A program made the translations under genes and the position numbers. The notes beneath the pieces are model-generated. The model was not told where the DNA came from, did no database searches, and worked only from the letters and a program-made list of their open reading frames with translations. From Flavobacteriales bacterium (lineage in GTDB: Bacteria > Bacteroidota > Bacteroidia > Flavobacteriales > BACL11): a stretch of DNA of 57,526 nucleotides. The stretch lies in NCBI GenBank assembly GCA_036012565.1, contig DASCPP010000073.1, positions 1-57,526 on the forward strand. Direction: 5' to 3'. This document shows, in pieces, positions 56,933 through 57,526 of the stretch. Each line of letters begins with the position of its first letter. The stretch's first letter is position 1.

Positions 56933-57526
56933 TTACCTCATTACAATTTTCTTACATGCTTTTTCATTAATTTTTACAAAGTAAAAAGCAGAGGATAAAT
57001 TTGAGATTTGAATTTTATTTCTCCCTTTATTGACAGCTATTTCTTTTATTATATTCCCAATTAAATCAATAATTTGAACGACAGAATTCTCTTTAAAATC
57101 CGTCTCTATAAAAAGTATTCCATCAGAAGGATTCGGATAAACCAAAACTTTAGTAAATGTTTCGTCTACAGTAGAAGTAGAAGCATAAGTGATCCCTTTA
57201 TAGGGTTGCATAATTGCTTGTTGGCTTCCATTTGCATTAGAAAATCGCACTCTTGATCTTCCTGTATCAGCACCAACCATTAGTGGATCAGTAAAAAAAT
57301 GAAATGAAAAATCTATAGTATCATTAGCAGCTATTATGGCTGAAGTTGTATCTTGACTTGAAGGAAGGCAAGAAGTAACACACATAGAGCTCTCCCATGT
57401 ATTAGATGGTAAATTATTTATAATTCTTTGAATATTCACTCGCACTCCATCATTACTCGTATTAATGAGTTCTCCAAAAATATCAATAACATTTCCAGGA
57501 TTGCCATATGCCGTCATAGTAGAAGT
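56933..57526 (-). CDS. T9SS type A (Por) C-terminal sorting domain protein, 5'-truncated by the window edge
   Basis: The C-terminal ~75 aa VLVYPNPSDGILFIETDFKENSVVQIIDLIGNIIKEI...LSSAFYFVKI fit the Por secretion tail pattern. The reading frame stays open from the first in-window ATG (57517) to position 57526. Confidence 0.75.
   Translation of the reverse strand, partial: TSTMTAYGNPGNVIDIFGELINTSNDGVRVNIQRIINNLPSNTWESSMCVTSCLPSSQDTTSAIIAANDTIDFSFHFFTDPLMVGADTGRSRVRFSNANGSQQAIMQPYKGITYASTSTVDETFTKVLVYPNPSDGILFIETDFKENSVVQIIDLIGNIIKEIAVNKGRNKIQISNLSSAFYFVKINEKACKKIVMR

Noticed and set aside
1-57526. Search by eye for CRISPR arrays, rRNA genes, IS elements/transposases, prophage blocks, toxin-antitoxin pairs, riboswitch-sized leaders and long direct repeats
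   Set aside because: None seen. All gaps between supported genes are about 125 nt or less and are accounted for by promoter boxes or hairpins. A proper repeat-finder or covariance-model scan could still reveal short elements I cannot detect by inspection.

Overview
Visibly AT-rich, very tightly packed chromosomal DNA of Bacteroidota (Flavobacteriia-like) type. The taxon call rests on T9SS type A and type B C-terminal sorting domains, a PorP/SprF gene, TAnnTTTG '-7' promoter boxes, near absence of Shine-Dalgarno sequences, and several Bacteroidota-typical DUF genes. Almost all of the window is housekeeping: prs-rplY(ctc)-pth, glyS, leuS, secA, dnaG, recJ, rlmN, queA, truB, tilS, rsmI, rnpA-yidD, alr, tdk, ispB, ispD, uppP, ftsX, lnt, pssA, pabB, purS, tag, comM, a DsbD-family reductase, two S41 peptidases and one tRNA-Leu(CAA). 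I found no rRNA, CRISPR array, IS element or transposase, prophage block, toxin-antitoxin pair or recognisable defence gene, and no intergenic gap exceeds about 125 nt. I therefore cannot point to a convincing undescribed multi-gene system. The points most worth a second look are: (1) a recurring -7 box / N4 / start-codon geometry implying leaderless mRNAs, contrasted with a second class at 20-24 nt; (2) a translationally coupled T9SS type-B cargo / PorP / PD40-OmpA module; (3) a small acidic Cys-containing putative surface lipoprotein in a locally stop-free, GC-richer patch; (4) a recombinase-domain-like partial ORF with no ATG at the left edge; (5) seven convergent gene junctions with 3 nt or less of spacing, or outright overlap, and no terminators. 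Start codons were re-picked where the ORF track gave N-terminal extensions that run through promoters or neighbouring genes.
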